The notes beneath the pieces are model-generated. The model had not been told where the DNA came from, made no database searches, and saw only the letters and a program-made list of their open reading frames with translations. A DNA stretch of 64,000 bases from a virus: IMG/VR virus record IMGVR_UViG_3300037423_000701, positions 1 to 64,000 of that record; one strand, given 5' to 3'. Below are positions 6,393 to 14,105 of the stretch, one piece after another (position 1 is the first letter of the stretch; each line of letters opens with the position of its first letter). Position numbers and translations under genes: made by a program.

Positions 6393-6556
6393 CGCCTGCC
6401 CCACATGAAGACCACATGCAACCCCGGCAGGCAAAAGCCAACACCACCGGACGAATGCTCGCTGGGCTGGTCGAACCACACGCGGCTGACGCTGTTCTCC
6501 TTGAATGCCTTCCACCAATAATGTTTCGGCCCGAAGATAGTAATAGAAAAGCTCAT
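6389..6556 (-). CDS. hypothetical protein (55 aa)
   Basis: Hand-translated (MSFSITIFGPKHYWWKAFKEN...). GGAGA RBS 4 nt upstream. Different frame from the N-terminus of track ORF 6231..6518. Confidence 0.45.
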   Translation of the reverse strand: MSFSITIFGPKHYWWKAFKENSVSRVWFDQPSEHSSGGVGFCLPGLHVVFMWGRR

Positions 6557-6588
6557 CTAATCTCCTAAATCTGCGCCCGAGTGGCTAT

Positions 6589-6843
6589 TTAGTCTTCTTC
6601 GCTTATAAGGCCCATAACCATAAACAGAAGTCCTACCCCCGCAACGATCAGAGGCCAGAGCGGCGGGCCGCTATTACCGCCATGCATCGCCAGAGAACCA
6701 ATCATCCCTGACGCGCCGACCAGTACACACGCTATCGCAGGAAAGTAAAGATGCTTGCCAATAGCAACTGCTAGCCAGAAGAAACCGAATATGGCTAAGG
6801 CTCCGCCGAGGACGATTGCTGCGCCTATTATTAATTCAGTCAT
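6589..6843 (-). CDS. membrane protein (84 aa, about 3 TM)
   Basis: Start MTELIIG overlaps the stop of 6836..7042 by 8 nt. Hydrophobic throughout. Confidence 0.6.
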   Translation of the reverse strand: MTELIIGAAIVLGGALAIFGFFWLAVAIGKHLYFPAIACVLVGASGMIGSLAMHGGNSGPPLWPLIVAGVGLLFMVMGLISEED

Positions 6844-7042
6844 CGTAGTAGTACGTTTGCTTTCTAACGTCCGGATCAAGTCTGTAGTAGTTAAGCATCC
6901 ACTCAGCCTCGCTGTGTGCTCCCTCTTTAGTATCGCTTAGACCACACTCGATCAAACCCCAGAAAAAGAGAATCCTTGAAAAGAGACTCCATCGCCACCT
7001 TCCACTATTAAGTAGTCTGTATTCGACCTTATATTTTTTCAT
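6836..7042 (-). CDS. hypothetical protein (68 aa)
   Basis: ORF with ATGA-type coupling to its neighbours. Confidence 0.55.
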   Translation of the reverse strand: MKKYKVEYRLLNSGRWRWSLFSRILFFWGLIECGLSDTKEGAHSEAEWMLNYYRLDPDVRKQTYYYDD

Positions 7043-7485
7043 CTAATGTGCCAGGGCGCAGGTCGCCTACCAAAGTTTGGGCGTGGGATACGTTGCGGCA
7101 GCCGATCCCAAAATGATTGGTCGGGGTCAGACTGTTGGGGTTGAGTAATTCTTAGAGGCTCAATCAGGAAGTTTTGGTGGTTTAACCAAGTGTTCCAAGA
7201 TATATCAGCAGCATCCCAGGTAGTCTGTGTTGTGTCTTGCTGCTGAATTCTGTTATAGCTAAAGGTACGTTCTGTATGCGGTAAGTAGTCGGCTGGCCAG
7301 CGCTGCCAAGTATTGACGTTAGTCTGCCGTAACTCGTCAAAGTGAATTGGACTATCGAATCGGATTACATCATCTGCGCCTTCGATCCAACTATGCGCTG
7401 TTCCATATGCCTGCACCTTGCCACATTCTGTGCAATAACGTGCCTTAGCATGGGCTACCTTCTTAAATTTGTGGACGCACTCCAT
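7039..7485 (-). CDS. hypothetical protein with N-terminal zinc ribbon (148 aa)
   Basis: N-terminus MECVHKFKKVAHAKARYCTECGK is paralogous to that of 7486..7734. Confidence 0.6.
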   Translation of the reverse strand: MECVHKFKKVAHAKARYCTECGKVQAYGTAHSWIEGADDVIRFDSPIHFDELRQTNVNTWQRWPADYLPHTERTFSYNRIQQQDTTQTTWDAADISWNTWLNHQNFLIEPLRITQPQQSDPDQSFWDRLPQRIPRPNFGRRPAPWHIR

Positions 7486-7734
7486 CTACTCCCACCTAGT
7501 TCTGTAAGCTCTTTGAATTCCATCCAGCACTTCATTGGCTCGGTAGGCGGAATTACTCACATCAGAAAAGGCCCCCGAAACTACGGCAAACCTTTCCCGA
7601 ACCGCCGAGCGCGAAGCCGAGAAAGAAATCTTACCCACAGGGATATAGTCTGGATTTCTTTTACCGCACCTTAAACAATATCCCCCTTTGGCGTGCGGAA
7701 TTTTTTTCCATTTTTTATGTTCGCAATTAACCAC
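7486..7734 (-). CDS. hypothetical protein with N-terminal zinc ribbon (82 aa)
   Basis: N-terminus MVNCEHKKWKKIPHAKGGYCLRCGK. Confidence 0.55.
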   Translation of the reverse strand: MVNCEHKKWKKIPHAKGGYCLRCGKRNPDYIPVGKISFSASRSAVRERFAVVSGAFSDVSNSAYRANEVLDGIQRAYRTRWE

Positions 7735-8080
7735 TAATAGAGAACTTGCTAATCGTGTTGGCGTGGAATCTTCTGCTCCAACCCCAATTGTCCAGCACCA
7801 GATTGGTGAAGTCTTCCTCTCCTAACTCAATGTGGCTGGATTCGGACCATTCGAGCATCTGAATGGCCTTGTCGTAATCCTCTAGGAAATGCTCTGGCTT
7901 AATAACGTTAATATGGTGATCTACTTCCTTGCCTTCTCGCGCAATCTCTAAAGACTTCTCGAACGCCTGGATTAGTTCCTGCTGATAGATTTCCTGCGCT
8001 CGTTCGAAGTTCTCAGCGTGCTGTTTGCGATTGGCGCAAACCTTGGTAAGAAGGTCTTCTTTACTTACTTTTGTATGCAT
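7727..8080 (-). CDS. hypothetical protein (117 aa)
   Basis: ATG preceded by AAAGGAGAAAT. First gene of the leftward block. Confidence 0.65.
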   Translation of the reverse strand: MHTKVSKEDLLTKVCANRKQHAENFERAQEIYQQELIQAFEKSLEIAREGKEVDHHINVIKPEHFLEDYDKAIQMLEWSESSHIELGEEDFTNLVLDNWGWSRRFHANTISKFSISG

Positions 8081-8100
8081 ATTTCTCCTTTAAGATTATA

Positions 8101-8155
8101 GGTAAGGCCCCGTACGAATCCCTGCTCATAACAAGGAATTCGCAGGGGCCTTACC
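8101..8155. promoter_or_regulatory. long imperfect hairpin in the divergent intergenic region
   Basis: Outer 11-bp stem GGTAAGGCCCC/GGGGCCTTACC, plus an inner stem CGAATCC/GGAATTCG. Confidence 0.4.
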
Positions 8156-8165
8156 CTATGTAAGC

Positions 8166-8255
8166 CCGCGTTCGAGGTCGCGGACCCACCCCACGTCCAA
8201 TATGGGGTGTCCTCAGCGCCAGCAAGTCACTGAGGGGCGCGTTCTCGGCCGCGCC
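8166..8255. other. four consecutive GC-rich 5-6-bp hairpins (possible small RNA or regulatory array)
   Basis: CCGCG/CGCGG, ACCCCA/TGGGGT, CCTCAG/CTGAGG and GGCGCG/CGCGCC lie back to back. Confidence 0.3.
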
Positions 8256-8324
8256 TGGGGCTGCCTAGTGCAAACCCCTTAGCCCTCATCGGGCAAGCCT
8301 GACCATACCATACCCATGACACGC

Positions 8325-8355
8325 TTGACAAGCCCCATGCCATCTGTGCTATGCT
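8325..8355 (+). promoter_or_regulatory. putative rightward promoter
   Basis: TTGACA (8325-8330) and TGcTATGCT extended -10 (TATGCT at 8350-8355). The 19-nt spacing is long. Confidence 0.4.
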
Positions 8356-8363
8356 GCCGCGCC

Positions 8364-8513
8364 ATGGCTACTCGCATCGCGGCCCTGATCGCCGCCTCAA
8401 TGGCGGCTGGGTTCATCATAGGGGGTTTTGACCTGTCGCTTTGGTGGTACGGTGCATACGTTGTAGTTTTCGCACCATTTATCTACAGAACTCTGAAAGA
8501 AAACATCAATTGA
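8364..8513 (+). CDS. membrane protein (49 aa), possibly leaderless
   Basis: The ATG at 8364 lies 8 nt after the -10 hexamer. The alternative ATG at 8316 would overlap the promoter. Confidence 0.45.
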   Translation: MATRIAALIAASMAAGFIIGGFDLSLWWYGAYVVVFAPFIYRTLKENIN

Positions 8514-8671
8514 ACTTACATCGTGCTCTATTCATAGCAGGTGCGATTTCAATTTTCCTAAATGCTATTGTTGCAGTGGCGGTACTCGGAGTTTTATGGG
8601 GTTTAGTTGCTGCCCCTAGTGTTTATTGGGGCGCGCTCTGGCTGAGGGGAATTTGGAACGGGTGGGTATAA
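8510..8671 (+). CDS. membrane protein (53 aa)
   Basis: TTGA start/stop overlap. Hydrophobic (FIAGAISIFLNAIVAVAVLGVLWGLVAA). Confidence 0.45.
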   Translation: MNLHRALFIAGAISIFLNAIVAVAVLGVLWGLVAAPSVYWGALWLRGIWNGWV

Positions 8672-8874
8672 CTAAACATTATCCAGGCGAATGTCAGTGG
8701 TGCCCGGTCTGCGATCTTTTTGGCCGTGCGCTCGCTCAAATCGCCGCCCATGAGATAGATTGCATGGACGGCCATACCCCGTATTGTGCCGCCGACCTCG
8801 TGCGTATAGCAACACGAGCCATAGAACAAGCCACCCTTGGAGCAGACATTGAACGCCACACCGAAGAAGGGTGA
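8662..8874 (+). CDS. Cys-rich small protein (70 aa)
   Basis: GTG start. CQWCPVC...C...C motif. The start position is uncertain. Confidence 0.4.
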   Translation: MGITKHYPGECQWCPVCDLFGRALAQIAAHEIDCMDGHTPYCAADLVRIATRAIEQATLGADIERHTEEG

Positions 8875-9235
8875 AAAGCATATCGACAAAAATGGAAGAA
8901 TAAGATATGTCTTTTCAGATGAAGATATAAAAAGAGGAAGAGACGCAGCTAACGAGGCGAGAAGGAAGGCGAGTAAAGTCCTGGCCCCCCAGCGCAAACG
9001 TGATCTAACGGGCGAGAAGAAAAAGATCATCGAAGATACTACTGATCGCCTAAAGAATCTGATGGTTGAAGAAGGAGTTAGCTACTCAGAACTGGCTCGC
9101 CGTCTAGATATGTCTCAGGGCCATATCTCGCACATGATGAGCGGTTCTCGCAACATGACGCTCGGAACTCTTTCGGCTATCGGGGAAGTGCTGGGCTACC
9201 GGTTTACTATCATTCCACACAAGATTGAAGAATGA
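8837..9235 (+). CDS. XRE-family HTH DNA-binding protein
   Basis: C-terminal VSYSELARRLDMSQGHISHMMSGSRNMTLGTLSAIGEVLG is a classic Cro/C1-type HTH. Confidence 0.7.
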   Translation: MEQTLNATPKKGEKHIDKNGRIRYVFSDEDIKRGRDAANEARRKASKVLAPQRKRDLTGEKKKIIEDTTDRLKNLMVEEGVSYSELARRLDMSQGHISHMMSGSRNMTLGTLSAIGEVLGYRFTIIPHKIEE

Positions 9236-9411
9236 ACAGATACGAAATCATTCAATTCCGAGCTATCTTAGATGAAGAGGGCGATCCCATAGTTCTGTAT
9301 GGGATCTTTGACCGGCGGAAGAAAATTCTGACCGAGAAGCCGTTTCATGAATTTGTAGACGCCGTTAATCAAATGTCAAAACTCAATCCTTACGGGCTAG
9401 AAGAGGTATGA
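9232..9411 (+). CDS. hypothetical protein (59 aa)
   Basis: Hand-translated. ATGA overlaps at both ends. Confidence 0.5.
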   Translation: MNRYEIIQFRAILDEEGDPIVLYGIFDRRKKILTEKPFHEFVDAVNQMSKLNPYGLEEV

Positions 9412-9722
9412 GTATGACAAGCATTCAGTTAGGCGAAACTAAGGCCCTACTGAAAGAAGCTAGAGAAGAAATCACAGAAGTTAAGAAGAATCTAAGTCTT
9501 CTAGAAGACCTACTCAAAGATTTCTCACAAGAAAACAATGAATTAGAAGAGAGAATCAACACTCTCGAAGATGGCATCCTAAAGATTCGGGACAACATCC
9601 GCAACACCTGTCGGCTGCTCGACCAGGATGGTGCGAAGCCGAGTATGGCCACGCTGGACGTCCTCGCCGCCGTGGTCGATGAAATCATCGAGCAGAATAG
9701 CACCACACAGACGCGAACTTGA
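9408..9722 (+). CDS. coiled-coil protein (104 aa)
   Basis: Heptad-like Leu/Glu-rich sequence. Confidence 0.6.
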   Translation: MSMTSIQLGETKALLKEAREEITEVKKNLSLLEDLLKDFSQENNELEERINTLEDGILKIRDNIRNTCRLLDQDGAKPSMATLDVLAAVVDEIIEQNSTTQTRT

Positions 9723-9785
9723 CAGATACGTCAAGGGTACGCTACGTTACCCGCGCAACCAACCCCACACTAGGGAGGAACCAAA

Positions 9786-10616
9786 GTGGCTGAAGCTGCC
9801 ACCGTAATGGAGCCCTCGTCTAAGAAGCGCAAGGACGAGAAGGTATCCATGAACATTCAGCGGCTCCCGCTGAATAAGCTCCGCGTTGACCATCGTTACC
9901 AGCGGCTCTATAAGAAGGGCCGCGCTGAAAACATCGGTCGCTCCTGGGATGACAAGCTCGCTGGAGTGATCACCGTGTCCAAGCGTTCCGATGGTGGCTT
10001 TTACATCATCGACGGCCAGCACCGCGTCAGAGGCGCGGAAATCAAGGGCAAGGAATACCTCGACGCCGATGTGCGCGAGGGGCTGACGCTGGCCGAAGAG
10101 GCGCAACTGTTCGACCGCCTGAACGCCGACCGAGCGCTCGTGTCAGCCCTAGAGCGTTTCCGGGCGCGGCTGCTCTATGGCGACCCGGTGGCTATCGAAA
10201 TCAGAGACATTGTGTATGAGTTCGATGGCACCATCGCAGAAAAGCTAGGCCGTAAGAATAAGGACGATATGGGAATCAGATCCATTGGGGCACTTGAAAG
10301 AGTGTATACCTCCGGTGGGCCGGAAATGCTGCGGGATATCCTCGGGATCATCAAGCAGTCATGGGATTCCATTGACTATGAGACGACCAATGAGTACACC
10401 CTCGGCGGTCTGCGCTGGCTGATCCAGAAGCACAATGACAACATCACCGTCAACCGACTGGTTGAGCGGCTGAACCAAGAGGGCTACGGCCAGATCCGGC
10501 GCATGGCCCACGCGTCAATGCAGATTTTCGGCGGCTCAGGGCCGGTGAACTTCTACAGGGCGATGGTTGAGGCATATAACAAGGGCCTCACCGTCCGCAA
10601 TCGCCTGAAGCCATAA
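9786..10616 (+). CDS. ParB N-terminal/DGQHR-motif domain protein
   Basis: GTG start after GGGAGGA. FYIIDGQHRVRGAE carries the exact DGQHR motif of the ParB/Srx/DndB-like fold. Confidence 0.7.
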   Translation: MAEAATVMEPSSKKRKDEKVSMNIQRLPLNKLRVDHRYQRLYKKGRAENIGRSWDDKLAGVITVSKRSDGGFYIIDGQHRVRGAEIKGKEYLDADVREGLTLAEEAQLFDRLNADRALVSALERFRARLLYGDPVAIEIRDIVYEFDGTIAEKLGRKNKDDMGIRSIGALERVYTSGGPEMLRDILGIIKQSWDSIDYETTNEYTLGGLRWLIQKHNDNITVNRLVERLNQEGYGQIRRMAHASMQIFGGSGPVNFYRAMVEAYNKGLTVRNRLKP

Positions 10617-10661
10617 TCAATCAAGTCATCTAATTACTGAATAAATAGTAGTTCTAAGATA

Positions 10662-10700
10662 CACCCTTCCTCAATTATTTGTTAATATTGAGGGAGGGTG
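10662..10700 (+). terminator. 14-bp hairpin after the ParB-like gene that also buries the next RBS
   Basis: CACCCTTCCTCAAT/ATTGAGGGAGGGTG with one U-G pair in plus sense. The 3' arm contains GAGGGAGG and the GTG at 10698. Confidence 0.45.
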
Positions 10701-11030
10701 TTCTTGGATACAGAGTTATTACGAGCCGAGCGTCAAATAGTTCTCCTACACGACGTTATTAGACGCCTACTTGAACGCGGGGACAATATGGGAATCACCC
10801 TGAAGGACATAGAAAGCGGTGAGGAAGTCACTCTTTCCGCTCAGGAAATCGTAGAGCTTTTAATGAAGAGTACGAAATGGATCGGTGAGCTTGAAGAGCT
10901 TATCTACTGGTCCATTGCTGGCTTCCGTAATGTCGATAAAACTGAGTACGAGCAAGAACTGAGGGTGAAGTTCAATGAAATTAATAACAGATTTGCCCAT
11001 ACTAAATATAATACTGCTGAAGGGCAATGA
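10698..11030 (+). CDS. hypothetical protein (110 aa)
   Basis: ORF. The true start may be the TTG at 10704, 6 nt after GGGAGG. Confidence 0.55.
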   Translation: MFLDTELLRAERQIVLLHDVIRRLLERGDNMGITLKDIESGEEVTLSAQEIVELLMKSTKWIGELEELIYWSIAGFRNVDKTEYEQELRVKFNEINNRFAHTKYNTAEGQ

Positions 11031-11172
11031 ATACATCGAAATTCCCCCGGAGAAGAAGCCAAAGAGCGTATACTTTCTAGATATGATGAGTCACGTAGAA
11101 ACAGTGTTCCATGATGTTAGCCCTGACGAGTTTGGTTAAACAACTCTGGTACTTGCTCGGTGGCTGGAATAT

Positions 11173-11382
11173 TTGGGGAGGCGACCAGTGATCGTTAATG
11201 ACGCAGAGTTAACGCCTTATGGCGAGGTAATGCTTGACCCAATGGTTGATTGTGATTTCTGCGGCCGCTCTATGATTTCCCGCTTCGGTGGTCTGATTGG
11301 AGCTAATGAATGTGACTCTTGCATTAATGATTTTAATAGGCTAAACCAAGCGGGCAAATTAGAACTTATTGAGGCGTCATGA
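11173..11382 (+). CDS. small zinc-binding protein (69 aa)
   Basis: CDFCG...CDSC motif. Confidence 0.5.
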   Translation: MGRRPVIVNDAELTPYGEVMLDPMVDCDFCGRSMISRFGGLIGANECDSCINDFNRLNQAGKLELIEAS

Positions 11383-12149
11383 AGATTCTCGTGGGTGTCA
11401 TTCTCTCCGGCGATAGTAAGGAATATGTAGTTTCTAAGTTCTTTGAAATGGCAAAGTCCGTGTTCAAAGAAGTAGATGTTCTGTTTATTACTGATCGTTG
11501 GCGAGAAGATGTAGAGCTACAAGGATTTCAGCAGTTAGTTGTTAAGGAGACTAACCACATCTTCTGTACTATGGTTGTCTACCACGGCAAGCAAGCCCTA
11601 AAACACTACACCTTAGAGAATAGATATGACTGGCTGGTATGGCAGGGTATTGATTGTCTCTACCGGGACAAGGATGATTTTAACGATCTGACCACTATTG
11701 CTTGTAATAACTGGGAAGAGTTTGGCGATACTATCTGTGGCGCTCTGGTGGCTGGTCGTAACAGACCAGAGTATCCTGTTTGCCGAGAGTTTGTCGTTGA
11801 TGACAAAGGAATTGCCACCCCAGAAGAGCGTGAATTAGGCGACCAGTTCTTTGAAAAGTATGCAAACCAATATGAAGCTGTGACAGTATCAGGATTTATT
11901 GGTGCAGACGCCACATTTTTACATTCAGATATTCTTAGAAAAGTCACACTCAAAGGATACGAGCATTGGCATGAGCGCGGTTGTCAGGGATTAGGCCCTG
12001 ATGAATGGTTCATGTATCGGGCGATCAAGGATTGGAACCAGCACCCTACCATCTGCCCCAATATCCGTCCTTACCATGTACACGAGTCATGTGAGTGGGC
12101 ACGCTACAAGGGTGAAAGTGGTAGACTGGAGGATCTATCATGGCAGTAA
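11379..12149 (+). CDS. hypothetical protein (256 aa), Rossmann-like N-terminus
   Basis: ATGA coupling. MKILVGVILSGDSKE beta-strand start. A glycosyltransferase-like fold is only a guess. Confidence 0.6.
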   Translation: MKILVGVILSGDSKEYVVSKFFEMAKSVFKEVDVLFITDRWREDVELQGFQQLVVKETNHIFCTMVVYHGKQALKHYTLENRYDWLVWQGIDCLYRDKDDFNDLTTIACNNWEEFGDTICGALVAGRNRPEYPVCREFVVDDKGIATPEERELGDQFFEKYANQYEAVTVSGFIGADATFLHSDILRKVTLKGYEHWHERGCQGLGPDEWFMYRAIKDWNQHPTICPNIRPYHVHESCEWARYKGESGRLEDLSWQ

Positions 12150-12164
12150 TGGAGAGATATATGG

Positions 12165-12446
12165 ATGAGTAAGATTTGGAAGCATTATCCTATCCCATTA
12201 TTAGGATCTAGAAAAACCCCTTACAGCAAATATAAGAACTCAGTTAGAGATGATCCTTGTTCATACTGTGGTAAACAGTCTGAAGGCATCGACCATATCG
12301 TCCCGAAGTCGGCCGGGGGCGAGAACACCTTCCATAACCTCGCCGGGGCTTGTTCGCCCTGCAACTCGCGGAAGTCCTCCCGTCCGCTGCTAATCTTCCT
12401 CCTCGAAGAGTTGGAGCGTAAGGCTCAGCTAAGAACCGCAGCCTGA
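12165..12446 (+). CDS. HNH endonuclease
   Basis: CSYCG...IDHIVPKSAGGENTFHNL...CSPCNSRK. Confidence 0.8.
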   Translation: MSKIWKHYPIPLLGSRKTPYSKYKNSVRDDPCSYCGKQSEGIDHIVPKSAGGENTFHNLAGACSPCNSRKSSRPLLIFLLEELERKAQLRTAA

Positions 12447-12464
12447 TCTGGTAAGGTTCTGCCT

Positions 12465-12737
12465 ATGAATCTTACGACCAGTTGGCGTACGCGCCGGTTC
12501 TTCGGCCGTCCGTGGCAAGATATAATTTTTGCCATCGGAGAAATAGTATTCTTAACAACATTAATTCCACTTCTATTCGTTGAAGCAAACGTGCCATTAT
12601 TCACAGGTCTAGGAACAGCAATCATGCTGTATACCTTTACGCTGGCGCACGTTTCCTATAGTAACTGGATTACGGTTGGGCTTACCACCATCACCGCTAC
12701 TCTTTGGGTTCTGATCGGGCTTGGAGTACATCTATGA
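12465..12737 (+). CDS. membrane protein (90 aa)
   Basis: Three hydrophobic segments. Confidence 0.6.
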   Translation: MNLTTSWRTRRFFGRPWQDIIFAIGEIVFLTTLIPLLFVEANVPLFTGLGTAIMLYTFTLAHVSYSNWITVGLTTITATLWVLIGLGVHL

Positions 12738-12955
12738 CAATGTTCTTAACAAAGATCCCGTGCCCTAGATGTAATTCTTCCCAACAGTTTCGCCACAAAC
12801 ATAGGCAAACTAAGGGCGGAGGATATGAAGTTTATATTAACTGCTCTAAGTGTAAGTACGAATTAGTTTTGAACGTCCTAAATGATGTTGAATTTGCCAG
12901 ATACCGTCGCAAGAATAGAAAGAAGAAAAGTGCTGACGATTCGCCCCAAAAGTAA
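12704..12955 (+). CDS. zinc-ribbon protein (83 aa)
   Basis: CPRCNS...CSKCKY. Basic C-terminus. Confidence 0.5.
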   Translation: MGSDRAWSTSMTMFLTKIPCPRCNSSQQFRHKHRQTKGGGYEVYINCSKCKYELVLNVLNDVEFARYRRKNRKKKSADDSPQK

Positions 12956-13175
12956 GCATAGACCGGCTGGGATACTTGGACCAGTCGTCAAGTGTTGTTA
13001 TCCTGACTGTAGTAGATCAGGAGCGCACGAAGCGTTCTTTCTGGACCATGAATGGCAGAAGTTCTTACTTTGCAATATCCATATGAAGGAGTTTGAGGGG
13101 CTGTGGGATGAAATCACCGAAGAGAATTTTGAAGCCTGTCAGGAAAAAGCAGACTTTATTGAGTTTGCAAGCTAA
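12882..13175 (+). CDS. hypothetical Cys-rich protein (start uncertain)
   Basis: ORF overlaps the previous gene by 74 nt, so the real start is probably later. Confidence 0.4.
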   Translation: MMLNLPDTVARIERRKVLTIRPKSKHRPAGILGPVVKCCYPDCSRSGAHEAFFLDHEWQKFLLCNIHMKEFEGLWDEITEENFEACQEKADFIEFAS

Positions 13176-13268
13176 CAATCGCTTTTGCTTCGTATGTGGC
13201 CGCAACTGGTTCGTAGAAAGTTATTCGGGCATGAAAGATTTCGTGTGTCCGTGTCGGAGGTAGGCTAT

Positions 13269-13409
13269 ATGCACAGGTTCTACCTGCAAAGGTTTGAGTC
13301 CTGGCTGCTCTCGAAGGAACCGGACGAGAAAGATTTGGCCGAGTTCGAGAAAGAAGTTGCTTTCGACCTTATGATGACAGCCTTAGGTCTAGAAATAGAA
13401 GCTCACTAG
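13269..13409 (+). CDS. hypothetical protein (46 aa)
   Basis: The ATG at 13269 lies 8 nt after GGAGG. Confidence 0.4.
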   Translation: MHRFYLQRFESWLLSKEPDEKDLAEFEKEVAFDLMMTALGLEIEAH

Positions 13410-13445
13410 ACCAAATGTCGCCTAGTCTTTCGCTATGATTCTTAC

Positions 13446-14105
13446 ATGGCGACAGACTACACAATTAAAACTGTAGGAGACGAGGATTTAGGGTGGCCCT
13501 TCAACGACAGCCCCCACCCCTCCTTTCTCTACGGAAAATATAGACAGGAAAAAGTAGACCCCTTTCCGTGTTACTCGCACGACGAGACATTGGTGAGGGG
13601 TCTTTTAGATGGTATAACTGAAAAAGCTCCATTGAAGAATCCTTTGGAGCTAATCATCTTGAATCATGAACCTCTCTCCCGCACAAACGGCTGGGCAGAC
13701 AGGGTTTTTGATTACAGCGATGATGATACCCGTGACAATTGGACCGGCTACATCATCCTATGCGGAAAACGGATTCCGCCTCTCAACGCTATGACTCGTT
13801 ATCTGGTGGCCCATGAGTACGGGCACCACGTTGACTACGAGTTGAGCCGTATTCTTCTAAAAAACAACGAAGATGAAGAGTCGTTCAGAGAGGGATATGC
13901 TAGTTGGCGCGGGGGAAACCAAAACTATGGCGGCCGTAAGTGGCATACAAATGTAGGTGAGATTATTGCCAATGACTTCAGAATCTTAGTCTGTGGCGTC
14001 GAGGCTGACTCGTGGGCTCATCCTGTTACTCACCCGCTGTACGACGACAGAACAAAAAAGTATTGGAAAGAAGCTATACAAACTTTGAAAGAGGTAAACG
14101 GGTGA
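13446..14105 (+). CDS. putative zinc metallopeptidase (HExxH)
   Basis: VAHEYGHHVDYE contains HEYGH. Confidence 0.55.
   Translation: MATDYTIKTVGDEDLGWPFNDSPHPSFLYGKYRQEKVDPFPCYSHDETLVRGLLDGITEKAPLKNPLELIILNHEPLSRTNGWADRVFDYSDDDTRDNWTGYIILCGKRIPPLNAMTRYLVAHEYGHHVDYELSRILLKNNEDEESFREGYASWRGGNQNYGGRKWHTNVGEIIANDFRILVCGVEADSWAHPVTHPLYDDRTKKYWKEAIQTLKEVNG

Noticed and set aside
8623-9030. 135-aa minus-strand ORF.
   Set aside because: It lies antisense to two co-directional plus genes, including a clear XRE HTH gene. Its hydrophobic, low-complexity translation is typical of antisense frames.
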